From: Polyangiaceae bacterium
GTDB lineage: Bacteria; Myxococcota_A; Polyangia; Polyangiales; Polyangiaceae
Direction: 5' to 3'
Assembly (NCBI GenBank): GCA_035063585.1
Contig: JAPSGB010000019.1
Location: 1 to 64,000 of the forward strand
DNA length: 64,000 nt
Both the position numbers and the translations under genes were made by a program. The notes beneath the pieces were generated by a model. It was not told the DNA's origin and did not search any database. It worked only from the letters and a program-made list of their open reading frames with translations. This document shows, piece after piece, positions 10,391 through 19,799 of this stretch (its first letter is position 1; every line of letters starts with the position of its first letter).

Positions 10391-12226
10391 CTAGGCCCCT
10401 TCGCCGTCGCCGTACATCGTCTCTGCGATTTCGAAGGTCGCGTTCTCGAGCCGCGCGTAAGCCGTCCGGATGCCCTCGAGATCGGTGCCCGACTCGAGCA
10501 TGTGTTTGAGGGTGTCGAGATCGATCCGCACGCTCTCGAGCCGCTCCGCTTCCAGCAGATCGGCGTACCCCTCGAGCGCCTGCTCGGTGGTGTAGATGAG
10601 CGAATCGGCCTGGTTTCTGAGCTCCGCGAGATCCTTACGGAGTTGGTCCGTCTCCTTGAACTTCTCGCCCTCGACGACGAGCCGATCGACCTCGTCCTGG
10701 CTCAGCCCGCTGGTCGGCGTGACGCTGATCGACTGGGAGCGGCCGGTCCCGAGATCCTTGGCCTCCACCGACAGGATCCCGTTGGCGTCGACGCGAAAGG
10801 TGACCTGGATCTTCGGCACTCCGCGCGGCGCGGGGGGGATCCCGGTGAGCTCGAAGCGCGCGAGGCTCCGATCGTCGGCCGACATCTCGCGCTCGCCCTG
10901 GAGCACGTGGATCGGCACGAAGGGCTGGTTGTCCACGCTGGTCGTGAAGATCTCGCTCTTCTCGGTGGGGACCGTGGTGTTCCGCAGGATGAGCTTGGTG
11001 AAGATCCCGCCGCCCGTCTCCACCCCGATGGAGAGCGGCGTCACGTCGAGGAGCAGCACCTCGTCGATGTGCCCGGACAGGGCGCCGCCCTGGATCGCGG
11101 CCCCTACCGCTACCACCTCGTCCGGGTTGACGCCCTTGTGCGGCTCCTTTCCGAACAGATCCTTGACGGCCTTCTGCACGGCCGGCATCCGCGTCATACC
11201 GCCGACCAAGACCACTTGATCGACGCTCTGCGCGGTCAGCTTGGCGTCCGCGAGCACTCGCTGGCAGCTCGAGATGGTCCGCTCGACGAGCTCCCGCGTC
11301 AGGATCTCGAGCTCGCTCCGCTTGAGCGTGCGCTCGAGGTGCAGCGCGCCCGCGGGACCGGTAGCGATGAAGGGGATGTTGATCTCCGTCTCGAGCGAGG
11401 AGCTGAGCTCGTGCTTGGCCTTCTCCGCCGCCTCGCGCAGCCGCTGGAGCGACATTCGCTCCTGGCGGAGATCGACGCCGTTCGCCTTCATGAATTCCTC
11501 GGCGAGCTTGTCGATGATCCGGACGTCGAAATCCTCACCGCCGAGGTGCGTGTCGCCGCCGGTCGCCTTCACGTTGAAGACGCCGTCATGGATCTCCAGG
11601 ATCGAGATGTCGAAGGTGCCCCCGCCCAGATCATAGACGGCGATGGTCTCGGTCGCCGTCTTGTCGAGACCGTAGGCGAGCGCGGCGGCGGTGGGCTCGT
11701 TGATGATGCGCTTCACCTCGAGCCCGGCGATCCGTCCGGCGTCCTTGGTCGCCTGGCGCTGCGCGTCATCGAAGTAGGCCGGGACCGTGATGACGGCCTC
11801 CTGCACCTGCTCGCCGAGGTACGTCTCGGCGACCTGCTTCATGGCCGCGATGATCATGCTGGACAGCTCGGCCGGAGACATGGTGTGCGACCGCACCTTC
11901 ACCCAAGCGTCGCCGTTGTCGTGCTCGACCACGTGATAGGAGACGGACGCGGCGTGCTTGACCACGTCCTCATCCTTGAATTGCCGCCCCATCAGGCGCT
12001 TCACCGCGTAGACGGTGTTCTCGGGGTTTGCGGTCCCTTGTCGCTTGGCCACCTGCCCGACGAGCCGCTCGCCGCCGGCCATGAAGGCGACGACCGAGGG
12101 CGTGGTCCGCGCGCCCTCGCCGTTCGGGATCACCTTGACCTCGGGCTCCCCGCCGGCGCTCGCGCCCTCGAGGACCGCGACGCACGAATTGGTGGTCCCG
12201 AGATCGATGCCGATGATCTTCCCCAT
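10391..12226 (-). CDS. dnaK: Hsp70 chaperone DnaK (short-tailed, SglK-like paralogue)
   Basis: GIDLGTTNS, TVPAYF, NEPTAAALAYG, DLGGGTFD, GVNPDEVVA motifs. 611 aa with no acidic DAEFEE-type tail. Confidence 0.96.
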   Translation of the reverse strand: MGKIIGIDLGTTNSCVAVLEGASAGGEPEVKVIPNGEGARTTPSVVAFMAGGERLVGQVAKRQGTANPENTVYAVKRLMGRQFKDEDVVKHAASVSYHVVEHDNGDAWVKVRSHTMSPAELSSMIIAAMKQVAETYLGEQVQEAVITVPAYFDDAQRQATKDAGRIAGLEVKRIINEPTAAALAYGLDKTATETIAVYDLGGGTFDISILEIHDGVFNVKATGGDTHLGGEDFDVRIIDKLAEEFMKANGVDLRQERMSLQRLREAAEKAKHELSSSLETEINIPFIATGPAGALHLERTLKRSELEILTRELVERTISSCQRVLADAKLTAQSVDQVVLVGGMTRMPAVQKAVKDLFGKEPHKGVNPDEVVAVGAAIQGGALSGHIDEVLLLDVTPLSIGVETGGGIFTKLILRNTTVPTEKSEIFTTSVDNQPFVPIHVLQGEREMSADDRSLARFELTGIPPAPRGVPKIQVTFRVDANGILSVEAKDLGTGRSQSISVTPTSGLSQDEVDRLVVEGEKFKETDQLRKDLAELRNQADSLIYTTEQALEGYADLLEAERLESVRIDLDTLKHMLESGTDLEGIRTAYARLENATFEIAETMYGDGEGA

Positions 12227-12287
12227 GGCGGAGCGGGAGCTTACCGCGCCAGGGCGGGCGGCAATAGCCCGTGATCGATCCCGGGCG

Positions 12288-12866
12288 TCAGCCAGGCTTC
12301 CGCGCGACGACCACCATGGCGGGCCGGATCAGCCGATCGCCCGCGCGATAGCCGGGCTGCACCATCGACGCCACGGTTCCCGGTGGATGTTCGTCGGTCG
12401 GCAGGTGCTGGATTGCCTCGTGGAGCGCCGGATCGAAGGGCTGACCTTCGGCTTCGACGCGCTCGACGCCGACGCGCCCGAGGGTGTCGAAGAACTGGCG
12501 CATGACCATGCGGATCCCGTCGGCCAACGACTGCACGTCCGTTGCGTTCTCGGCGTGGGCCACCGCGCGCTCGAGGTTGTCGAACACGGGCAGGAGCTCA
12601 CGCAGCAGATCTTCCCGGGCGGCGCGCTCCGCGTCCTGCGCGTCGCGCCGGGCGCGCTTGCGAAAATTGTCGAAATCCGCCGCGGTTCGCAGCAGCTGCT
12701 CGCGGACGCGCGCGGTCTCGGCGCGCGCTTCGGCGAGCGGGTCGGCCGCTTCGGGCTCCACGACCTCGGCTCCGTCTTCGCTCCGGGGAGCGGCCGCTGG
12801 GTCATCGGGAGCACGCGCCGAGTCGGCGGCCTGCTCGCGGAAAGGATCGGTGTCTGAGTCAGCCAC
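12288..12866 (-). CDS. grpE: Nucleotide exchange factor GrpE
   Basis: [52 protein letters not shown] 12866 chosen (ORF extends to 12887). Confidence 0.95.
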   Translation of the reverse strand: MADSDTDPFREQAADSARAPDDPAAAPRSEDGAEVVEPEAADPLAEARAETARVREQLLRTAADFDNFRKRARRDAQDAERAAREDLLRELLPVFDNLERAVAHAENATDVQSLADGIRMVMRQFFDTLGRVGVERVEAEGQPFDPALHEAIQHLPTDEHPPGTVASMVQPGYRAGDRLIRPAMVVVARKPG

Positions 12867-12913
12867 GGCGGGGCGTAATATAGTCACCGGAGGCGGGTTG
12901 CCAACCGAATGGC

Positions 12914-14017
12914 TCAGCGGCCCCCGCGGACTTCCTCGGGGGCCTCGGCGCAGGGAGCCTGCCGAAGCGCGGTCAGCGCGCCACCGCTCGAGCGCGAGTC
13001 GGCGGCCGCGGGAGGTGGACTAGGAGCGAACCAACCATCGACGCGCAGCGGCAGCACCCAAAAGCGCGTCGAGCCGCCCAGCGCGCGCCGCTCGGGTCCC
13101 GGCGCGGCCGCGCGACCGTACCCGGTGGTCTCGAGCCAGAAGCAATAGCCGTCGCTCGCCGGGGCCCAGAGGTGCTCGGCTCCCGCGCGGATGAACACCT
13201 CGGCGCTCTCGAGCACGCGCCCATCCACCGCGGAGAGGGCCTGGAGGTGGCGCCGGCCGGCGGGCAGGCGGAGCTCGACCCCGGCGAGCGGGCTCTCGGC
13301 GCTCGTCGACTCCACGGTCGCCACCGGCTCTCCATCGACCAGGATCCGGATGCGGTCCGGCCCGAGGTCGAGCACCCGCACGAGCGGATGATAGAGCCAC
13401 TGGAAGAATGGCGCGGCGACCAGCCCGAGCACCACGCCCGCGAGCATCCAGGGCGAGAGCGCCGGTTCGGCGATCTCGCACGGCTCGAGCTCGGCCTGGT
13501 TGGCCTCGGAGAGCGCCGCCGCCCACCTCGGCGCCGTGCAGACGAGTCGCCCGTCCCCGCGCCACCACACCGCGCGGCCCGCGGCGCTGTGCGGCGGCAT
13601 CGGCCGGCGCGGCCAGGACCAGGCCAGCGCGGGGGGCGCGAGGGAGGCTCCCAGCACGAGCGCGAGGAAGGCGGCCCCGCTCAGGTTCTCCGCCAGGAGG
13701 GGCATCGCGGACGCCACCGTGAGCGCCATGAGCGCCCCGGCGAGCGTCACCGCCAGGGTGTGGGTTCGCACGGCCGAGGCGTGGCGATGGCAGGTGGTGC
13801 AATAGGGGACGATGAGCGACCGCTCGCCGCGGGGCGCTCGCTCGACGCGCGACTCGGCAGCGACCGCGCCGCAGCAAGCGCAGTCCTCGGGCGCCGCGGC
13901 GCCCGCCGGCAGGCGGTCGACGATCCGCGCCTCGACGAGCCGCCCGCGGCGGGCGAGCGGAGAGGCCCGCCGCCCGCGCCGCGCGGGCTGCCCGCGCTTG
14001 GGGGCTCCCCACCCCAT
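12914..14017 (-). CDS. Membrane protein with Zn-ribbon-like Cys motifs and C-terminal beta domain; start uncertain
   Basis: CACCG...YCTTC motifs, three hydrophobic segments, PEGA-like [16 protein letters not shown]. Confidence 0.6.
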   Translation of the reverse strand: MGWGAPKRGQPARRGRRASPLARRGRLVEARIVDRLPAGAAAPEDCACCGAVAAESRVERAPRGERSLIVPYCTTCHRHASAVRTHTLAVTLAGALMALTVASAMPLLAENLSGAAFLALVLGASLAPPALAWSWPRRPMPPHSAAGRAVWWRGDGRLVCTAPRWAAALSEANQAELEPCEIAEPALSPWMLAGVVLGLVAAPFFQWLYHPLVRVLDLGPDRIRILVDGEPVATVESTSAESPLAGVELRLPAGRRHLQALSAVDGRVLESAEVFIRAGAEHLWAPASDGYCFWLETTGYGRAAAPGPERRALGGSTRFWVLPLRVDGWFAPSPPPAAADSRSSGGALTALRQAPCAEAPEEVRGGR

Positions 14018-14116
14018 CACGCGCCGCCCCTCCAGCCGGGTGGTTCCGCGCCGAAACGGCAAGAAGCGAGGGTGTTCGCGCGGGGGTTGAGATAGACTCG
14101 TGGGTCCATCGGAACC

Positions 14117-15808
14117 ATGAGCGTAGTCGAACCGGCTGCGGGGGTCGTCCTTGCGGGCAAGTACCGCCTCGTCGAGCAGATCGGCGTGGGCGGCATGAGC
14201 AAGGTCTACCGCGCCGAGAACCTGCTCATCGGGCGAACGGTGGCGATCAAGGTGCTGCACCCGGATCAGGCGCACGACCGGGATCTCGGCGCGCGGCTGT
14301 TTCACGAAGCGCAGTCGGTGAGCCGCATCCGCCACCCGGGGATCGTGGACGTACTTGATGCAGGACAAGACGCTTCCGGCCCGTTCATCGTGATGGAGTA
14401 CCTCGACGGTGAGAGCGTCGCCCAGGTGTTGGCGCGGCGCGGAAAGGTGGGGATCGCCGCTGCGCTCGGGACCGTGCTGCCCGTGCTCGACGCGCTCGAG
14501 GCCGCGCACGCCGCCGGGGTCATCCACCGTGACCTCAAGCCAGAGAACGTGTTCTACGCGGTGCGAGAAGACGGTGAGGTCGACGTCAAGCTGCTCGACT
14601 TCGGCGTGGCGAAGCTGCTCTGGCCCGACGGCCCGTCTCCGCAGACGAGCACGGGCGTCGTCTTCGGGACCCCGGACTACCTCTCTCCCGAGCAGGCGAA
14701 CGGCCAGGCGCAGCTCGATGGCCGGAGTGATCTCTTCGCGATCGGCGTACTACTCTTCGAGCTGCTCACCAACCGGCGGCCGTTTCACGCTCCGACCGCG
14801 GTGGCGACGGCGTACAAGGTGGCCCACGCGCGCACGCCGCCGCTCATCGATCACGGGGGGCCCAACGACCCCGTGCTCGACGCGGTGTTGTCGCGGGTGC
14901 TCTCGAAGCGCGCGGAAGAGCGCCACGCGAGCGCGGCCGAGCTCGCGGCCGAGCTCGAGCGCCACGCGCCGCCGCTCGCCGAGCGGCAGGCCGCGCGGCG
15001 CGAGCTGCTGCCCCCGCGCGGCAGCCGCGTGGATCTGCGAGCGTCGCACCCGAGCCTCACGCCGAGGAGCGGGAGCGTCTCTCAGCAGGTCACGCCACCG
15101 CTCGGTAGCTCGTCGTGGCGCGCGACACCGCACGGGGGCGCGAGCGCCACGAGCGGCACCCGGCGCTCGGCGGAGTTCATCAGCGCCCCGCGCTCGCGCT
15201 CGCCTCGAGGTTTCCGCTCGCTCCCGGCGCGGTTCGTCGGGCAGTGCCACGTCCGTGGGCTGGTGCTCCGCGCGATCGACTCTTACGTGACCCGGCACCT
15301 CGGCGGGCTGCGGCGCGAGAAGGCCCTCGCCCGGCTCTCGCGCGAGCACTCGCGCGATCTCGGTGAAGGGCTGCTGCAGGCGATCGTGTTCTACGAGCTC
15401 GAGCTGCTCGGCGCGTACCTCGACGCGGCGAGCGCCGAGTTCCCCGAGGGCTCGAGCTTCTGCCGCGCGGCCGGCGTCGAGGCGGTGAGCGGCGAGCTCG
15501 CGCCCGTGCTGCGAGTGGCGCTCCGCCCGGGCGATCCCGGAGCGGTGCTCCGGCGCGTCGCGCCGGTGTGCAGCCGCCTGTTCGATTTCGGCCTCTGGGA
15601 GGTGACACCCGGCGGCCCGACCGCCGCCACCGTCCGTGTCACGGACTTCGAGCCGGCGGCGCTCAACCTCAGGCTCTGGCTGGTCGGCGTGCTCGAGGGG
15701 GCGCTCCGCGCCACCGGCCACGAGCCCGCGGTGCTCATCAGCCGCGGCGACGCGAGCCACGCGCGCGAGCTCGTGCTCGAGATCACCACCCGATCGCTCG
15801 GGGGTTGA
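14117..15808 (+). CDS. Ser/Thr kinase with C-terminal TIGR02265/DUF2378-like domain
   Basis: GVGGMSKV, AIKV, HRDLKPEN, DFG, GTPDYLSPEQ. The C-terminal ~180 aa (VRGLVL...LVGVLEGAL) resemble the myxobacterial DUF2378 family (recalled). Confidence 0.9.
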   Translation: MSVVEPAAGVVLAGKYRLVEQIGVGGMSKVYRAENLLIGRTVAIKVLHPDQAHDRDLGARLFHEAQSVSRIRHPGIVDVLDAGQDASGPFIVMEYLDGESVAQVLARRGKVGIAAALGTVLPVLDALEAAHAAGVIHRDLKPENVFYAVREDGEVDVKLLDFGVAKLLWPDGPSPQTSTGVVFGTPDYLSPEQANGQAQLDGRSDLFAIGVLLFELLTNRRPFHAPTAVATAYKVAHARTPPLIDHGGPNDPVLDAVLSRVLSKRAEERHASAAELAAELERHAPPLAERQAARRELLPPRGSRVDLRASHPSLTPRSGSVSQQVTPPLGSSSWRATPHGGASATSGTRRSAEFISAPRSRSPRGFRSLPARFVGQCHVRGLVLRAIDSYVTRHLGGLRREKALARLSREHSRDLGEGLLQAIVFYELELLGAYLDAASAEFPEGSSFCRAAGVEAVSGELAPVLRVALRPGDPGAVLRRVAPVCSRLFDFGLWEVTPGGPTAATVRVTDFEPAALNLRLWLVGVLEGALRATGHEPAVLISRGDASHARELVLEITTRSLGG

Positions 15809-15840
15809 GGGGCACGCCGAGCGGCGCTAGCACGCTCGGG

Positions 15841-18093
15841 ATGCCTGAGTTGAACGAGCCGCAAGCTCGCGCCGTCGCGCACGCGAGCGGTCCCCTGCTC
15901 GTCTTCGCGGGCGCCGGCAGCGGCAAGACCCGCGTCATCACCTACCGGGTCGCCAACCTGCTCGCCGAGCATCGCGTCCCGCCCTATCGCATCCTCGCCG
16001 TCACCTTCACGAACAAGGCCGCGGGCGAGCTCAAGGGGCGCCTCGCCGCGCTGGCCGGCGAAGGGGTGGTGCGTGATCTCTGGGTCGGCACCTTCCACTC
16101 GGTGTGCGCGCGGCTCCTCCGTCGCTACCACGACGAGGTCGGTCTCGACGGCAAGTTCGTCATCTACGACGACGCCGACCAGAAGGCAGTGATGCAGCGC
16201 GTGCTCAAGGGCCTCGGCGTCGACGACCGCACGCTGGCGCCGAAATCTGCGCTCGCCATGATCCACCGCGAGAAGCGCGAGGGGCGCGGCCCACGAGACG
16301 TGGACCTCGGACAGGGCGACCAGGGCGCGCTCCTCGTCGAGGTCTACGAGGGCTATCAGAAGGCCATGGCGACCGCGAACGCGGTCGATTTCGAGGATCT
16401 CATCGTCCACGTCATGCGGCTCGCCGAGGACGCGAAGAGCCCCGGCGGTGAGGAGCTCCGCCGGCGCTTCGAGCACGTCCTGGTGGACGAATTCCAGGAC
16501 ACCAACCTGACCCAGTACCGCCTGATCCGCGCGCTCGCGGCGCGCGAGCAGAACCTGTGCGTGGTCGGCGACGACGATCAGTCGATTTACCGCTGGCGCG
16601 GCGCCGACGTGCGGCTCATCCGCGGCTTCCGCCGCGACTTCCCCGACGCCACGGTGGTGAAGCTCGAGCAGAACTACCGCTCGACGGGCCACATCGTCTC
16701 GGCCGCGCTCGCGGTGATCGAGCCCGCGAGCGAGCGCGAGCCGAAAGAGCTGTGGACGGCGGCGCCGAGCGGCGAGAAGGTGCGCGTGCGCGCGGTGACC
16801 GACGAGCGCGACGAGGCGAGCTTCGTCGCGCGCAGCATCCAAGCGGAGCTCGGGCGCGGGACGCCGGCGAGCGAGATCGCGGTCTTCTATCGCATCCACG
16901 CGCAGTCGCGCGTCCTCGAAGAGGGCCTCCGCGCCGCCAACCTGCCCTACCAGATCGTGGGCGGCACCAAGTTCTTCGAGCGCGCCGAGGTGAAGGACCT
17001 CGTGAGCTACCTCCGCTTGATCGACAACCCGCGCAGCGACGCCGATCTCATGCGGATCGTCAACGTGCCCGCGCGCGGCATCGGCCAGAAGACCATCTCA
17101 CGGCTCCTCGATCTCGCCGCTGCGCGCGGCACGAGCGGCTACGACGCCGTCGACGCGGCGCTCGAGGACGGCGAGCTCGGCTCCGCCGGAAAGAAGCGGC
17201 TCGACGCGTTTCGGGGGCTGATGGAAGAGCTCCGCGGCGCCGCCGAGACGCTCGGCCCGCACGAGCTCGCCGGCAAGGTCCTCGAGTCGACCGGGTACCG
17301 CCAGGCGCTCCGCGACGCCGACACGGCCGAGGCGGACGCGCGCCTCGAGAACCTCGAGGAGTTCCTCGGCTCGATCGGCGAATATGAGGAGGAGCTCACC
17401 CACTCGGGAGAGCAGCCCACCCTCGCCGGTTACCTCGAGCGGATCGCGCTGGTCAGCGCGGTCGACTCGATGAAGGACGCGCCGAAGGTCTCGCTCATGA
17501 CCGTGCACAGCGCGAAGGGGCTGGAATTCACCTCCGTGATCGTCACCGGCATGGAAGAGGAGATGTTCCCTTACTACGGGATGAACGGTGAAGAGCCCGA
17601 CGAGCTCGACGAGGAGCGGCGGCTCGCCTACGTCGCCATCACCCGCGCGCGCGCGCGGCTCATCCTCATTCACGCGGGGACGCGGACCATCTTCGGGCGA
17701 ACCCGCTACCAGGCGCCGAGCCGCTTCCTCGACGACCTGCCGGAGTCGGCCGTCTCGCGCGAGGGCGGCGCGCGGGCGCCCTCGCTCGCGCCGGCGCCCG
17801 CGTGGCGAGCTTCGATGGGTGCCGGTCCGGCGCGGCCGGCGGCGCGCTTCCGGAGCTACGGCGCGGCGCCCGCGCCGGGGACGCGGGTGGTCGATCGCGA
17901 CGCCTTCGACGATCTCCCCCCGGGCGAGCCGGGGGTCGTGCTCCGCGCGGGAGATCGGGTCCAGCATCAGCGCTTCGGCGAGGGCGTGGTCGAGAGCGTG
18001 GAGGGCGGCGCGTCGCCCACGGTGGTCGCGCGCTTCCCGGGTTTCGGGACGCGACGCATCAAGGCCGAGTATCTGGCGCCGCGCGCGGAGTGA
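15841..18093 (+). CDS. uvrD: UvrD/PcrA SF1 DNA helicase
   Basis: LNEPQ, AGAGSGKT, TFTNKAA, VDEFQDTN, VGDDDQSIYRWRGA, LEQNYRS, MTVHSAKGLEF, EERRLAYVAITRA, C-terminal Tudor-like domain. Confidence 0.96.
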   Translation: MPELNEPQARAVAHASGPLLVFAGAGSGKTRVITYRVANLLAEHRVPPYRILAVTFTNKAAGELKGRLAALAGEGVVRDLWVGTFHSVCARLLRRYHDEVGLDGKFVIYDDADQKAVMQRVLKGLGVDDRTLAPKSALAMIHREKREGRGPRDVDLGQGDQGALLVEVYEGYQKAMATANAVDFEDLIVHVMRLAEDAKSPGGEELRRRFEHVLVDEFQDTNLTQYRLIRALAAREQNLCVVGDDDQSIYRWRGADVRLIRGFRRDFPDATVVKLEQNYRSTGHIVSAALAVIEPASEREPKELWTAAPSGEKVRVRAVTDERDEASFVARSIQAELGRGTPASEIAVFYRIHAQSRVLEEGLRAANLPYQIVGGTKFFERAEVKDLVSYLRLIDNPRSDADLMRIVNVPARGIGQKTISRLLDLAAARGTSGYDAVDAALEDGELGSAGKKRLDAFRGLMEELRGAAETLGPHELAGKVLESTGYRQALRDADTAEADARLENLEEFLGSIGEYEEELTHSGEQPTLAGYLERIALVSAVDSMKDAPKVSLMTVHSAKGLEFTSVIVTGMEEEMFPYYGMNGEEPDELDEERRLAYVAITRARARLILIHAGTRTIFGRTRYQAPSRFLDDLPESAVSREGGARAPSLAPAPAWRASMGAGPARPAARFRSYGAAPAPGTRVVDRDAFDDLPPGEPGVVLRAGDRVQHQRFGEGVVESVEGGASPTVVARFPGFGTRRIKAEYLAPRAE

Positions 18094-18123
18094 GCCGCGC
18101 GCGGAGTGAGCCGCGCGCCGAGG
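18078..18123 (+). repeat. 16-bp tandem duplication GCCGCGCGCGGAGTGA spanning the uvrD stop codon
   Basis: Exact copies at 18078-18093 and 18094-18109 plus a degenerate third copy. Confidence 0.85.
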
Positions 18124-18161
18124 CTTGCATCGCGCGGGCCACGCCAACAGGCTAGCCGGCG

Positions 18162-18470
18162 ATGAACCCGCGCCTGACCCTGCTCGAGAAGCTGGCCGCC
18201 GACGCTCGAGCGGATTCGTTCACTTGGTATGCTCTCGCGATGGAATACCGGAAGGAAGCGCGCATCGCGGACGCGCTCCGCGCCTTCGAGACGCTGCGCG
18301 AGCGAGATCCGGGCTACCTTCCCATGTACCTCATGACGGGCCAGATGCTGAACGGCGCGTCCCGGCGCGACGAGGCGCGCGTGTGGCTCGAGCGCGGGCT
18401 CACGCTCGCGCGCGAGCGGGGCGACGGCAAGGCGCTCGGAGAGCTCGAGGAGGAGCTCGAGGGCGGCTGA
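18162..18470 (+). CDS. Small TPR protein
   Basis: DSFTWYALAMEY...DPGYLPMYLMTGQML...EARVWLERGL TPR pattern. Confidence 0.85.
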   Translation: MNPRLTLLEKLAADARADSFTWYALAMEYRKEARIADALRAFETLRERDPGYLPMYLMTGQMLNGASRRDEARVWLERGLTLARERGDGKALGELEEELEGG

Positions 18471-18524
18471 CGCGCGCGGCGGTCCGCGCGGTTCCGCGCC
18501 GAACCGACCCCAACCCGAGCGCCT

Positions 18525-19799
18525 TCAGCCGACCGCCGGCGGCGGCAACGTCCACCCGCTCGAGCCCGCCGGTCCGCCGGACTCGGAGCCCTCGGGGGGC
18601 GCGTCGTCTTCGGCGGCGCCGAAGAAGTCGAGGAGCTCGGCGCGGCGCGCATGCGCGTCGGAGCGCCCGAGCTCGATGAGGCGGCGAGCGAAGCCACCGT
18701 CGAAGAGGAGGTAGCTCGCGAGATCCGCGTCGTCACCGACGCCGACCTCGAGCAGTCTGAGGAGCTGGCGGCTGGCGAGCGAGCTGCCGCGCATCCGGCC
18801 CTTGCGGATGAACTCGCCGGCGATGGCGCCGATCGACTCGGTGGGACGCACCACCAAGGTCTCGATCCGGTTGAAGCGATGTCCGCCGCGGGTAGCGGCG
18901 ACCTGGTTGAGCGCGGGCACGAAGCTCTCACCAAAGGCCTGGCCGCCGCTGTCGAGGAGGTTATTGAGGAGGTTCACCGTGCCGAGATCGTTGTCGAGAT
19001 GATCGAGCAGGAGCGCGTTCAGGATCTTGCCGACCAAGAAGGTCGCGCTCGGGGCCTGCACGTCTGGCGTGGTGTGGGCGACGCCGCGCACGAGCCGCGA
19101 GGTGCCCACCACCAACACGTGGGTCGCGCCGAGCCGGAGCGCGGGCGCGATGGGCGTATTCTGGCGCACTCCACCGTCCACGTAGAGCTGTCCGTTCAGC
19201 TTCACCGGGGGGAAGAGCAGCGGGATGGCGGCCGAGGCGAGCGCGTGCTCCGGTCCGATGCGGGAGGCGCGAATCAGCGTCCGCGGGGGCGCGCGAGTGG
19301 GGAGCGCCGTGTGCGGCCCGGTCTGCATGAAGATCACCGTCCGACCGGTCGCCACCTCGGTGGTCGAGACGCTGAGCGCCGAGAGGCGCCCCTCCTTCAT
19401 GGTCCGCGTGATCGCTTGCCACGGGATCTCGCGCTCTACCAGGCTCGACATCGGCGAGACGTCGAAGATCCCGGAGCCGTTTCCACCGCCCAGCAGCACG
19501 CGGGGCAGGCTGATCGCCTGGCGCACACCGAACCCGAGCACGTCGTCGAAGCGCATGCTGCTCCAGACGTCCACCAGCCGGCGTACGCCGAGCGCCGGGT
19601 CGCTGAGGTGCGCGGCGAGATAGGCGCTGTTGATGGCGCCCACGCTGGTCCCGCAGAGGATGTCGACGCGGGGCGGGGCGCCGCGTAGCCGCGTGAGCTC
19701 ATCGAACAAGTACCAGACCACGCCCGTCTCGTAGGCGCCGCGGGCACCGCCGCCCGACAGGATGAGCGCCAGCCGGCGATGCGGTCGAGCAGCCTTCAC
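18525..19799 (-). CDS. Patatin-like phospholipase
   Basis: [16 protein letters not shown] (GxSxG), ASAAIP, YVDGG motifs all intact. Confidence 0.93.
   Translation of the reverse strand: MKAARPHRRLALILSGGGARGAYETGVVWYLFDELTRLRGAPPRVDILCGTSVGAINSAYLAAHLSDPALGVRRLVDVWSSMRFDDVLGFGVRQAISLPRVLLGGGNGSGIFDVSPMSSLVEREIPWQAITRTMKEGRLSALSVSTTEVATGRTVIFMQTGPHTALPTRAPPRTLIRASRIGPEHALASAAIPLLFPPVKLNGQLYVDGGVRQNTPIAPALRLGATHVLVVGTSRLVRGVAHTTPDVQAPSATFLVGKILNALLLDHLDNDLGTVNLLNNLLDSGGQAFGESFVPALNQVAATRGGHRFNRIETLVVRPTESIGAIAGEFIRKGRMRGSSLASRQLLRLLEVGVGDDADLASYLLFDGGFARRLIELGRSDAHARRAELLDFFGAAEDDAPPEGSESGGPAGSSGWTLPPPAVG

Noticed and set aside
12867..12913. CIRCE operator upstream of grpE-dnaK
   Set aside because: TTAGCACTC-N9-GAGTGCTAA was not found here or before dnaJ.
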